A DNA stretch of 34,919 nucleotides from IMG/VR virus record IMGVR_UViG_3300037419_000842, one strand, 5' to 3'. Shown piece by piece: positions 25,729 to 33,461 of the stretch. Position 1 is the first letter of the stretch. Every line of letters begins with the position of its first letter. The position numbers and the translations under genes are program-made. This stretch comes from a virus. Below the pieces are notes generated by a model. The model saw nothing but the letters and a program-made list of their open reading frames with translations. It searched no databases and had not been told where the DNA came from.

Positions 25729-25879
25729 AAATATTGTCAAAGAAGTATTAAGAGAAATGTTCAGCACTGGCGAAATCACAATTGACATTAGTGAAGTATA
25801 TGCTTGGTATGATTCTGATCCTGATCATATTTTGTCAGTTCGAATTGATGGAGAAGTAGTTCATAACGTATATTTTTAA
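25712..25879 (+). CDS. Small hypothetical protein (55 aa, not in ORF track)
   Basis: RBS GGAGG; MENLNKNIVKEVLREMFSTGEITIDI... Confidence 0.6.
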   Translation: MENLNKNIVKEVLREMFSTGEITIDISEVYAWYDSDPDHILSVRIDGEVVHNVYF

Positions 25880-25913
25880 TATCACATACAAAAATAGAGA
25901 GAAGGAATTTACT

Positions 25914-26480
25914 ATGGCAGTTACAACATCTGGAAATAGACTCCTTATACTTGGAGAATACGTAAATAACAGCACTGTTAACAGTCTGGTGAAAAGTATT
26001 ATCGAATATAATATGGAAGATGATGCTTATGAGAAAGATGCTAAAAACTTTGAACGTAAACCTATTGTAATTATCATTAACTGCTACGGTGGTGTTGTAT
26101 ATGATGGGTGGGCACTTATTGCGGCTATTGAAATGTCTGGAACACCAATTGTCGGATTGGCTATTGGAAGTGTTATGAGTATGGCCCTCCCAATTTTCTT
26201 GTCTTGCCATACGCGACTTGCACACAAGCGAGCTACTTTTATGTATCATGAAGTTATTACTGGTGCTCAAGGATCAATCACAGAAGTTAAAGAGGGACTT
26301 GAGAATGCAGAAGTTCTTCAAGACAGAAATGATGCTTACATTCTTGAGAAGACTACAGTTTTAAGAGATAAACTTCTTTCTGTCCGCGAACGTAAAATCA
26401 ATTGGTTTATTCCTGCCGAGGAAGCAGTTAAATACGGAATCATTGACGAAGTTATTACTGAGCCTGTAGCTTGGATATAA
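25914..26480 (+). CDS. clpP: ClpP-like peptidase (S14 family)
   Basis: INCYGG.VYDG, G.VMSMA (catalytic Ser), FMYHE (catalytic His), AEEAVKYGIIDEV. Confidence 0.9.
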   Translation: MAVTTSGNRLLILGEYVNNSTVNSLVKSIIEYNMEDDAYEKDAKNFERKPIVIIINCYGGVVYDGWALIAAIEMSGTPIVGLAIGSVMSMALPIFLSCHTRLAHKRATFMYHEVITGAQGSITEVKEGLENAEVLQDRNDAYILEKTTVLRDKLLSVRERKINWFIPAEEAVKYGIIDEVITEPVAWI

Positions 26481-26493
26481 AGGGGGAATTAAC

Positions 26494-27033
26494 TTGAACA
26501 ATCTGTTCCTTATCGTTGGGCCTTCTGGCAGTGGAAAAACCACTGTCATGAGGTCTGTAATGAAAAATGAGATCGTATCCTGTACAACTAGAGAACAACG
26601 AGAAGGCGAAGTTAATGGAGTAGATTACGTGTTTGTTACTGAGGATGAATTCAAATCTGCTTTTGACGATGGTCTTCTTATAGAACATACTAAATATTCT
26701 GGAAACTACTACGGCCTATCATACCATGAAATTGAATCAAAGCTTAAAAAAGATCATGCATTTGCTATTGTTGACATTAATGGACTTCAACAGCTTAAAG
26801 CTATTTATCCTTACTGTACTTCTATCTTCATCAAGACAACCAAAGAACATTGCACAAGAGCTATGATTGAAAGAGGCGATTCTTTAATCAAAGTTCACCA
26901 GCGTTTAGAGACTTTCGAAGACGAACAATATGATGCATTAGAAAATTGCGATTATGTTGTTAAGAATGAATATGGCGACATAAGTAAGGCAATCTGTGTC
27001 ATCACATCAATCATTGAAGTGCATACTGTTTGA
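26494..27033 (+). CDS. gmk: Guanylate kinase
   Basis: GPSGSGKTT, SCTTR..REGEVNGVDYVFV, YSGNYYG. Confidence 0.93.
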   Translation: MNNLFLIVGPSGSGKTTVMRSVMKNEIVSCTTREQREGEVNGVDYVFVTEDEFKSAFDDGLLIEHTKYSGNYYGLSYHEIESKLKKDHAFAIVDINGLQQLKAIYPYCTSIFIKTTKEHCTRAMIERGDSLIKVHQRLETFEDEQYDALENCDYVVKNEYGDISKAICVITSIIEVHTV

Positions 27034-27058
27034 CAAATATAAGAATAAATGATATAAT
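27030..27058 (+). promoter_or_regulatory. SigA-type promoter for rusA, followed by a leader hairpin at 27073-27102
   Basis: TTGACA-17-TATAAT with TGn; motif copy at 27035-27050; AAGCGAAC...GTTCGCTT. Confidence 0.85.
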
Positions 27059-27132
27059 ATAGTTATAAATTAAAGCGAACTATCCTGAAAGGGGGTTCGC
27101 TTATTTTCATTTCAGAGAAAAAGGTGATTATC

Positions 27133-27726
27133 ATGGAATTAAAATTAGTACTGCCCTTGCCTGTTAGCCTTAACCAATTATATATTAATAAATATTCGTA
27201 CAATCCCAAGACGAAAAGAAGTGAGCCTACAGGTGCAAGAATATTAAGCAAGGCTGGAATGATGTCCAAGAAGCTTATTCAAAAAGCTGCTAATAAGCAA
27301 ATAACTAAACAAACTTGGGATTATGAATGGACTAAAAATAATTTCCTGTACATGGATGCTACCATATATTTCAATCGTACCAACAGAGACGATAATAATA
27401 TCTATAAGTTACTCTGTGACGCTCTGGAGAAGATTGTATACGACAATGACTCACGCATCCTGATTAGGACTCAGCGTATCTACTACACGACTACAGAGCC
27501 GCGTGTAGAGCTTTATATCCACGCTGTAGACTACATTGGTATCTTCGATGACGAGGCTCAGTTACACTCATTTGAAAGCGTTTGCAAATCATGCAAGAGA
27601 TATGGAAATAATTGCTCTATCTTATCGAAGGCCAAAGAAGGAAGAATACAAGAAGAGATTGTTGATATGGTATGTGGTAAATATACAAAGAAATCAGAAA
27701 CAAAGAAAGCCACTAAATCTAAATGA
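27133..27726 (+). CDS. rusA: RusA-family Holliday junction resolvase with C-terminal Cys cluster
   Basis: LP.SLN.LY, RDDNNIYKLLCDAL...YDND, PRVE; CKSC...C...C tail. Confidence 0.88.
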   Translation: MELKLVLPLPVSLNQLYINKYSYNPKTKRSEPTGARILSKAGMMSKKLIQKAANKQITKQTWDYEWTKNNFLYMDATIYFNRTNRDDNNIYKLLCDALEKIVYDNDSRILIRTQRIYYTTTEPRVELYIHAVDYIGIFDDEAQLHSFESVCKSCKRYGNNCSILSKAKEGRIQEEIVDMVCGKYTKKSETKKATKSK

Positions 27727-27744
27727 TTTAGTGGCTTTTTATTT
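27706..27744. terminator. Bidirectional intrinsic terminator between the convergent arms
   Basis: AAAGCCACTAAATC-TAAAT-GATTTAGTGGCTTT followed by TTATTT. Confidence 0.85.
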
Positions 27745-27748
27745 ATAA

Positions 27749-29935
27749 TTAAACCTCTGCTCTCCAATTTAGCGTTACATTATTTGTTCCTGCAATTGGT
27801 GCAGTTGCAAATGTTATCGTTAGATTTGTTGAATCAGCAGTTACACGCTTAACTACAGCATTGCCAGCATCAATACTAACAGCTTGTACAAAGTACGCGG
27901 TAGGCGTAGCTGAAAGTCCATGAGCAATTGTTTTTGTTGTACTTGAACCATCTCCATTATAAACCAATTGACCTGATCTTTGTTGTTTGACGGAGCCAAA
28001 TTCAACCCATGTTCCAACTTTTCCACTAGCAGTACATACCCAACCAATAGAACCTCCTTGAGATGGAGCAGTATTAAAAATAATGTCTCCCCTGTAATAT
28101 TGTTTAACAGTTCCTGTTGGAACTGCTGAAGCATACATAATACGTTTGCCAAAAATACTATTGCCAGAAATTGTTGTAAATTGTGGTTTATCATCGTTGT
28201 TCAATGATGCAAATTGTCCTCCGTAAGCAAGCTCATTACCAGTAATGACGCAGTTAACAACGTAATCAACAGTAGAAGGAAGGTTCATGGCGTTTTGACC
28301 AACTTTTTTACCAAGTGGAAGTCCAGTAGAAATGATAATAGTATTGTCAGTATCTTGATAAACGCTATTACCCACAGCGGTTAAAGATTGAATTCTAGTG
28401 TTTGAACCAAAATCAATACCACTATACAATGTATAGCTTGAACCATCAGCGTAATTATAACCAGTTTGATAATTATTAATAACGTTTTCACTCAAAGTTA
28501 CTTGATTTATTCTTGTTAGAAGATTTGCATTAATATATATACCTTGTCTGTGAACCTGATAAATATTGTTTCCTTGTAAAGTCAGGTTGTTCATAGTCTC
28601 GCCAAGATCACCCATTTTCCAAATGTCCACATTAATACCAAGCTTCCCGCCGCCAATAATTGTATTATCCTGAATTGTGCAAGTATAGGCTCTAGCTACA
28701 CTAATACCACTTCCTGTTGATGTTCCTCCATTGCTTGGAATGTTGAAATCATAAATTGGAGCATGGATATAATTATCGGAAATCTTTACATAATGTCCAG
28801 TAATTGAAATTGCATGATAATTTGTTCCGTCGCCAGCAACCTCAGTTCCATAGTTATAAATGATATTTTCAGTTACAACCATAGATGACTTGTCATTCTG
28901 TTCAAGGAATACCCCATATTGCCCACAGTTACGAATTACATTGTTACTAACTTTGATTTTAGCCATGTTTGATGAAGAGTGAGTAATAGCACTATGAGGA
29001 TGATCATAGATAAAGTTTGAAATAATGCTGATATCGCCGGGAATGTCATTCCCAACATTATCATCTTGAGTATCAGTTGTTGTATACCCAATATCTCCTT
29101 CAATACCTTTATCTCCATTGTTATGTACTGTATTGCCAATGATAAGAAGTCTTTTTTGATATGAATACATAATTCCTTCGTCAATATTGTCGTGTACAAT
29201 ATTATTTGAAACAGTATAATCATATGAATAAGGCTTTTCTTGAATACTTTGAACGCCTAAGTATCCGCCAGCTAATGAAATACCATTACGATTGACTCCA
29301 TTTGCATATGTGTATCCATTGAATCCATTGTATACAAATTGTCCATTGTGATGAACATGATTTTTATCAATTGTTACTTGGGTACATCCAAAAGTATATA
29401 TTCCTGATCCAATAAAATTTCTTGCTTCACAATTTGTAATACTCAATTTTTTAACATACAAACATTTAAATCCAAAGCTATTTGCTTCTTTCAAAAAACC
29501 AGTTTGATCAATCATGCTATAATTCCCATCAAGAACTAATCCATCAAAATGAATATTGTAGCCAAATGCATCCTTTGTAAAAGCATTTTTATTGTTATAT
29601 GTCCCGGGGACAAATATTGAATTTATTCCTTTATAAAAATAATTTGGATCATTCTTAACAGTTGTTGGAATAATTTTAATTACACTTAATCCCTTGTTGC
29701 CAAAAAGCTTCATGTTAGACGGAACAATTATTGGCTTACTTACATCTACCATATATGCTACTGATGGAGTAGGAAAATAAACAGCATTAATTCCCTTCTT
29801 ATTTGCTTCGATGATTGCATCTTGGATTGCATTAGTGTCATCTGCTATTCCATTACCTATAGCGCCATGAAGTGTAACACTAATTATATTTTCATTCTCT
29901 TTGATAGTATCAAACTTTTTTGAAAACAATCCCAT
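27749..29935 (-). CDS. Right-handed beta-helix (pectate-lyase-like) depolymerase/tailspike-type protein
   Basis: SV..HGAIGNGIADDTNAIQDAI...VYFP; many I..N.I beta-helix rungs; GD..FN..P..GG.IGWVC C-terminal motif. Start reassigned to ATG 29935 behind GAGGAGG (728 aa). Confidence 0.85.
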   Translation of the reverse strand: MGLFSKKFDTIKENENIISVTLHGAIGNGIADDTNAIQDAIIEANKKGINAVYFPTPSVAYMVDVSKPIIVPSNMKLFGNKGLSVIKIIPTTVKNDPNYFYKGINSIFVPGTYNNKNAFTKDAFGYNIHFDGLVLDGNYSMIDQTGFLKEANSFGFKCLYVKKLSITNCEARNFIGSGIYTFGCTQVTIDKNHVHHNGQFVYNGFNGYTYANGVNRNGISLAGGYLGVQSIQEKPYSYDYTVSNNIVHDNIDEGIMYSYQKRLLIIGNTVHNNGDKGIEGDIGYTTTDTQDDNVGNDIPGDISIISNFIYDHPHSAITHSSSNMAKIKVSNNVIRNCGQYGVFLEQNDKSSMVVTENIIYNYGTEVAGDGTNYHAISITGHYVKISDNYIHAPIYDFNIPSNGGTSTGSGISVARAYTCTIQDNTIIGGGKLGINVDIWKMGDLGETMNNLTLQGNNIYQVHRQGIYINANLLTRINQVTLSENVINNYQTGYNYADGSSYTLYSGIDFGSNTRIQSLTAVGNSVYQDTDNTIIISTGLPLGKKVGQNAMNLPSTVDYVVNCVITGNELAYGGQFASLNNDDKPQFTTISGNSIFGKRIMYASAVPTGTVKQYYRGDIIFNTAPSQGGSIGWVCTASGKVGTWVEFGSVKQQRSGQLVYNGDGSSTTKTIAHGLSATPTAYFVQAVSIDAGNAVVKRVTADSTNLTITFATAPIAGTNNVTLNWRAEV

Positions 29936-29955
29936 TTTAAATTCCTCCTCATGAT

Positions 29956-29996
29956 GTATAAAAAGAGGATGAATAATAAAATTCATCCTCTTTTAT
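29956..29996 (-). terminator. Intrinsic terminator-like hairpin upstream of the depolymerase gene
   Basis: AAAAGAGGATGAAT-AATAAA-ATTCATCCTCTTTT, with A/T tracts on both sides. Confidence 0.75.
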
Positions 29997-30004
29997 TTAT
30001 TTTA

Positions 30005-30265
30005 TTAGTGTGCGCCAATCCAGTTGTAGTCGATGCCAGATTCAACAATAATGAAAGATTTAATCTTTGCATCTTCAACTCCACTTTCAAATCCTTGACC
30101 AGCACGGAGAGGAATTGCACCAGAGCCATTAATTTTCACAGTACAAGCCTGCTCATTGTAAAAAGAAAATTTGTAGAATACTACAGGGGACCAACCAGTA
30201 GGAGCTACCACCAATTCAAGATTTGCCGTGCTTGTTCCACCATTACCAAGATATCCATTTGCCAT
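30005..30265 (-). CDS. Small beta-rich phage protein
   Basis: RBS AGGAGG; 86 aa; FSFYNEQACTVKING...LRAGQGF. Confidence 0.75.
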   Translation of the reverse strand: MANGYLGNGGTSTANLELVVAPTGWSPVVFYKFSFYNEQACTVKINGSGAIPLRAGQGFESGVEDAKIKSFIIVESGIDYNWIGAH

Positions 30266-30292
30266 TATAAAAACCTCCTAATATTATTTAAA

Positions 30293-30700
30293 TTATTTAT
30301 TTGTAGCAGGAAGACTATTTACAGCGCTTTCAATTCCAACTTCAATCAAGTGCTTAATTTCATCTGTAAGCTCAATATTGAGTTGTGCAAGAATTTGCTC
30401 AACAGTACTAACTGCATACTCCTTTTTCTTACTATTGTCTTCAGTAGTCATTGTCTGCTCAACATACTTTACAGAAGTTTCAGTAATTTCAAAAATAAGA
30501 TTTACTTTATCTTGCAAATTCTTATTATTAAAATCAACATTTTTAAGAATTGCACCAATAAGCTCCATCAGTTGTGTCGTACCTTTTGCATCTTCAGTAC
30601 TGAACCATCCCTTTCTTTTCAGGAAAGGAATTAAGAAATACCCTATTCCAAGAACAGCAATTACAATCAAGGCAATAAGTCCAATTGTCATCAGTTCCAT
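30293..30700 (-). CDS. Putative holin (LL-H-like)
   Basis: N-terminal TM; VKYVEQ...KKEYA...IE..IESAV; adjacent to the endolysin. Confidence 0.75.
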   Translation of the reverse strand: MELMTIGLIALIVIAVLGIGYFLIPFLKRKGWFSTEDAKGTTQLMELIGAILKNVDFNNKNLQDKVNLIFEITETSVKYVEQTMTTEDNSKKKEYAVSTVEQILAQLNIELTDEIKHLIEVGIESAVNSLPATNK

Positions 30701-30701
30701 A

Positions 30702-31586
30702 TTATTTATCCACCTTTTCAATTACTCGTTTCATAAGCTCCAACATCAGCCAGACTGGAGCATTGTCATTAAGCTTATCTTTCCAAGTATCGTAATCAAT
30801 CATCGCTTCACCACTTACTTGCTTATAACTTGCGAGCTTCTTCAACGTGTCAAGTTTCCACTGTTCCATTTTTACCGCCTCAACTTTCAATATACTTTTC
30901 CCTTTAGAGTCAATGTACTTCATTAGAAGTGTAATATCTGATTTGAATTTGGACCAAAGATTTTCACCCTGAATACCATCAATCTTTAAGTTATTTTGAA
31001 TCCATACTCTATCAGTATCAGACCATCCAACACCTTTAAAATGGTTGTTGTCATAGACCATATCAAGCATTGGCATAGGACAATCTTTGTGTGTTACATC
31101 GTAATGTCTAAGAATATCTTCATTTGGACTAAACCCATATACTTTACACAAGTAAGCCATTGTCCAAACTGCTCTTTTATAAGACTCTCTGAAATTGCCA
31201 TCTTTATTTACACACATTTCATATCCAATACTTCCATCATTAGGATAACTACCAAATTGCTTTGTATAATATGTATTAGCACCTACATGATAAGCCTGTT
31301 CTACATCATTTGGCATATATGGCAATGCGGCAATAATCTCTCTGGAGTCTCCAACTAAGTGAGCGGAACCATAAGTTCCTGTCCTGTTATTGAAGAAATT
31401 TCTATTGGCTTGTGCCGTAGCACCAGAACTTGTATTTGCTGTCCAATGAATTACGAGTCCTTTTGGAACAATTCTTTTTTGCGTTCTAGTCCATTGTGAC
31501 GGTTTGATAAAATCATTTCTAACAAAATAGTTGTTATAAGCTAGAATCTCATCAACAATTAAATTCCCTGTAGTCATATCTAGCAT
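30702..31586 (-). CDS. Endolysin, N-acetylmuramoyl-L-alanine amidase (Amidase_2)
   Basis: VIHWTAN, SAH, AYHVG, SIGYEMC, RHYDVTHKDCP. Confidence 0.93.
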   Translation of the reverse strand: MLDMTTGNLIVDEILAYNNYFVRNDFIKPSQWTRTQKRIVPKGLVIHWTANTSSGATAQANRNFFNNRTGTYGSAHLVGDSREIIAALPYMPNDVEQAYHVGANTYYTKQFGSYPNDGSIGYEMCVNKDGNFRESYKRAVWTMAYLCKVYGFSPNEDILRHYDVTHKDCPMPMLDMVYDNNHFKGVGWSDTDRVWIQNNLKIDGIQGENLWSKFKSDITLLMKYIDSKGKSILKVEAVKMEQWKLDTLKKLASYKQVSGEAMIDYDTWKDKLNDNAPVWLMLELMKRVIEKVDK

Positions 31587-31594
31587 CTCCTTTC

Positions 31595-31873
31595 TTAGAT
31601 TACTGGCTTTTGTTCGTCCTCTGTTTCTACTGGAATATCACCAGTTGTAGTAGTATTTGAACTGTTGCCAGAAATAATAGTTTTAATTCCATTGACAGCG
31701 GTAACTCCGCCTACAGTGTACACAAGTCCTTCTGCTAAAGTTAAAAGATTTCCATTTATATCTCCAAGCAAGAAACAAGAAACAAGACAAGCTGTAACAA
31801 CAGCAATCAAACAAATAACAAGTGCTGAAACTCTCATTTCATCAACACTGAACAGTCTTTCAAACCAATTCAT
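31595..31873 (-). CDS. Two-TM membrane protein, putative holin/antiholin
   Basis: Two hydrophobic segments, directly upstream of the endolysin; RBS AAGGTGG. Confidence 0.65.
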   Translation of the reverse strand: MNWFERLFSVDEMRVSALVICLIAVVTACLVSCFLLGDINGNLLTLAEGLVYTVGGVTAVNGIKTIISGNSSNTTTTGDIPVETEDEQKPVI

Positions 31874-31900
31874 TTTATCCACCTTCTTTCAAAGGTTATT

Positions 31901-32185
31901 TTACTTAAGTCCAAAGTAAGCACTGATTATTCCAATTGCCAAAGTAATAACGAAGCCCCAAGCCCATTTATTATTTGCCTTAATTGCCTTAATATCTTCT
32001 TCATTTTTTTTAGCAATTGCCATTGCATCTTCTGCCTTGTCTTTTGCGTCTTGAGCTTTGTCAATAGCTAATTCAACTTTATCTTCCATCTTTTCAGCAC
32101 GATTCAGTTTTTCTTCTATTCTTGTTACCCTATCTCTTACTTCGTAAATAGCTTCAAGCAATTCTTTATTTGTATAATCTGACAT
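31901..32185 (-). CDS. XhlA-like lysis protein
   Basis: Coiled coil (RVTRIEEKL) plus C-terminal KWAWG TM helix; first gene of the lysis cassette. Confidence 0.75.
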   Translation of the reverse strand: MSDYTNKELLEAIYEVRDRVTRIEEKLNRAEKMEDKVELAIDKAQDAKDKAEDAMAIAKKNEEDIKAIKANNKWAWGFVITLAIGIISAYFGLK

Positions 32186-32217
32186 TAAGCAGACCGCCTT
32201 TCCTTTTCGATATAATG

Positions 32218-32248
32218 AAAAAATAGGAGAGCCAATTTCTCGCCCTCC
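32218..32248 (-). terminator. Intrinsic terminator just downstream of the lysis-cassette promoter
   Basis: On - strand: GGAGGGC-GAGAAATTG-GCTCTCC followed by TATTTTTT. Confidence 0.65.
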
Positions 32249-32259
32249 ATTCTATTGAT

Positions 32260-32288
32260 ATTATACCATTATATACTATATTTGTCAA
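32260..32288 (-). promoter_or_regulatory. Consensus SigA-type promoter upstream of the lysis cassette
   Basis: On - strand: TTGACA-17-TATAAT with TGG extended -10. Confidence 0.8.
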
Positions 32289-32289
32289 T

Positions 32290-32787
32290 CTAAGTATTGT
32301 TTAGAACTCGCACTGTGTTTCCATTGTTTATTAAAAATTCAAACAACTCATTGGGTGTTTTGTCTCCAAAGTTTTTATCTATAGGTATTGCACCAATTAA
32401 TCCAATAACTAATTCAATAAGCTCTGAACATAAGAAGTGGTAGTTTGAATCAAGATAATGACTTTTCTTGAACTTAAAAATCTTCTCTATCGCATATCCA
32501 ATAAACTTCTTATAATCATATCCAAAATCACAAAACCTAATTGCAACTTCGCGAAGCTTCTCTTTTTGTTGTGAATTTAGATTCATACTTACAAAATCAA
32601 GATCAGTATATTTTAAAGAGCAAATCCTTGATTTTACAAATCTTTGCGACTCCAATATTCTTGTGCCACAGTCTGAAACAACTATGGCACAATGAGAATA
32701 TTCGCCGTCAAAATATTTAATTAAACTTGATATTGGAGAGTGTCCGCGAATAAATAAAATATCTCCAGTTTGTAAATTACCATACAT
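32290..32787 (-). CDS. Permuted papain-like (YaeF/YiiX-type NlpC/P60) amidase
   Basis: LQTGDILF, YSHCAIV (His before Cys), YDY, FLCSELI, TPNEL. Confidence 0.85.
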   Translation of the reverse strand: MYGNLQTGDILFIRGHSPISSLIKYFDGEYSHCAIVVSDCGTRILESQRFVKSRICSLKYTDLDFVSMNLNSQQKEKLREVAIRFCDFGYDYKKFIGYAIEKIFKFKKSHYLDSNYHFLCSELIELVIGLIGAIPIDKNFGDKTPNELFEFLINNGNTVRVLNNT

Positions 32788-33448
32788 ACGATATCACTTC
32801 ATTGTTATCTACAGCATTCTCAACTTGGGTTTTCAATCCCCAGTATTTTGCAATTAAAGATTGTTTATGAGAAAATGAATCTTGACATAGCGCAACAAAT
32901 TGCTCTCTCGTGTGAAGTAGTGGCCCTGAATCAATTGTCTTCCATGTAACAGAACTCATTGTAGGAACACTATTCATTAGTGTCAGCGTTCCTGTGAGAT
33001 TTGTTTGATCCAAAGCATCAAAACCATATGTATGCTCTGACCCTAAAGCGGAAGATTTGAATCCAGCATATATTTCTTGACCACATAAGTAGTTTAGTTG
33101 GTCAATTTTCTTCGCTTTTAAAGTTGTTAAATCTGTATTTTCTACATCTAATGAAAGAAATGCCTCATCAGGTGAAAGCGGATTAACTTGTGCCCTTAAT
33201 TCGTCTATCTGTTCCGCCATCTCATTTTTTGGGGCGTTGTATCCCGGATTGACTACGAATCCGTCAACCTCTGTGTAGCAATGTGTTTGAACGGTTACTC
33301 CATCAGGAATGGAGTCAACCTCGAACACATCTACGCTTTGGGAAGGGAATATAAGACCCCCTACATCGATGCCATTTTCCGCAATATCGGCGACATTGCT
33401 AATAAATACGATTACACTGTCAGACTTACTAACGATAAGTTTTTTCAT
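32777..33448 (-). CDS. Tail fibre assembly-type protein (DUF4376-like C-terminus)
   Basis: KAKKIDQLN..C...IYAGF.SSALG..H.Y....DQ.NL...W...HTREQF...LK.QV.NA....V...W; follows the fibre gene. Confidence 0.75.
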   Translation of the reverse strand: MKKLIVSKSDSVIVFISNVADIAENGIDVGGLIFPSQSVDVFEVDSIPDGVTVQTHCYTEVDGFVVNPGYNAPKNEMAEQIDELRAQVNPLSPDEAFLSLDVENTDLTTLKAKKIDQLNYLCGQEIYAGFKSSALGSEHTYGFDALDQTNLTGTLTLMNSVPTMSSVTWKTIDSGPLLHTREQFVALCQDSFSHKQSLIAKYWGLKTQVENAVDNNEVISYVW

Positions 33449-33461
33449 TGTTTATTTCCTC

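Noticed and set aside
852-27767. Numerous - strand ORFs of 60-236 aa opposite the + arm genes, and + strand ORFs opposite the late genes (e.g. 29951-30634, 30378-30926)
   Set aside because: They are antisense shadows of well-supported genes, with no RBS or recognisable motifs.
30504-30519. Motif-like ATTTGCAAGATAAAGT on the - strand
   Set aside because: It lies inside the holin CDS and is a single degenerate copy, likely chance in AT-rich DNA.
30689-30700. Lambda S-like dual start (Met1/Met4) in the LL-H-like holin
   Set aside because: The intervening residues are Glu-Leu rather than basic, and there is no supporting RNA structure.
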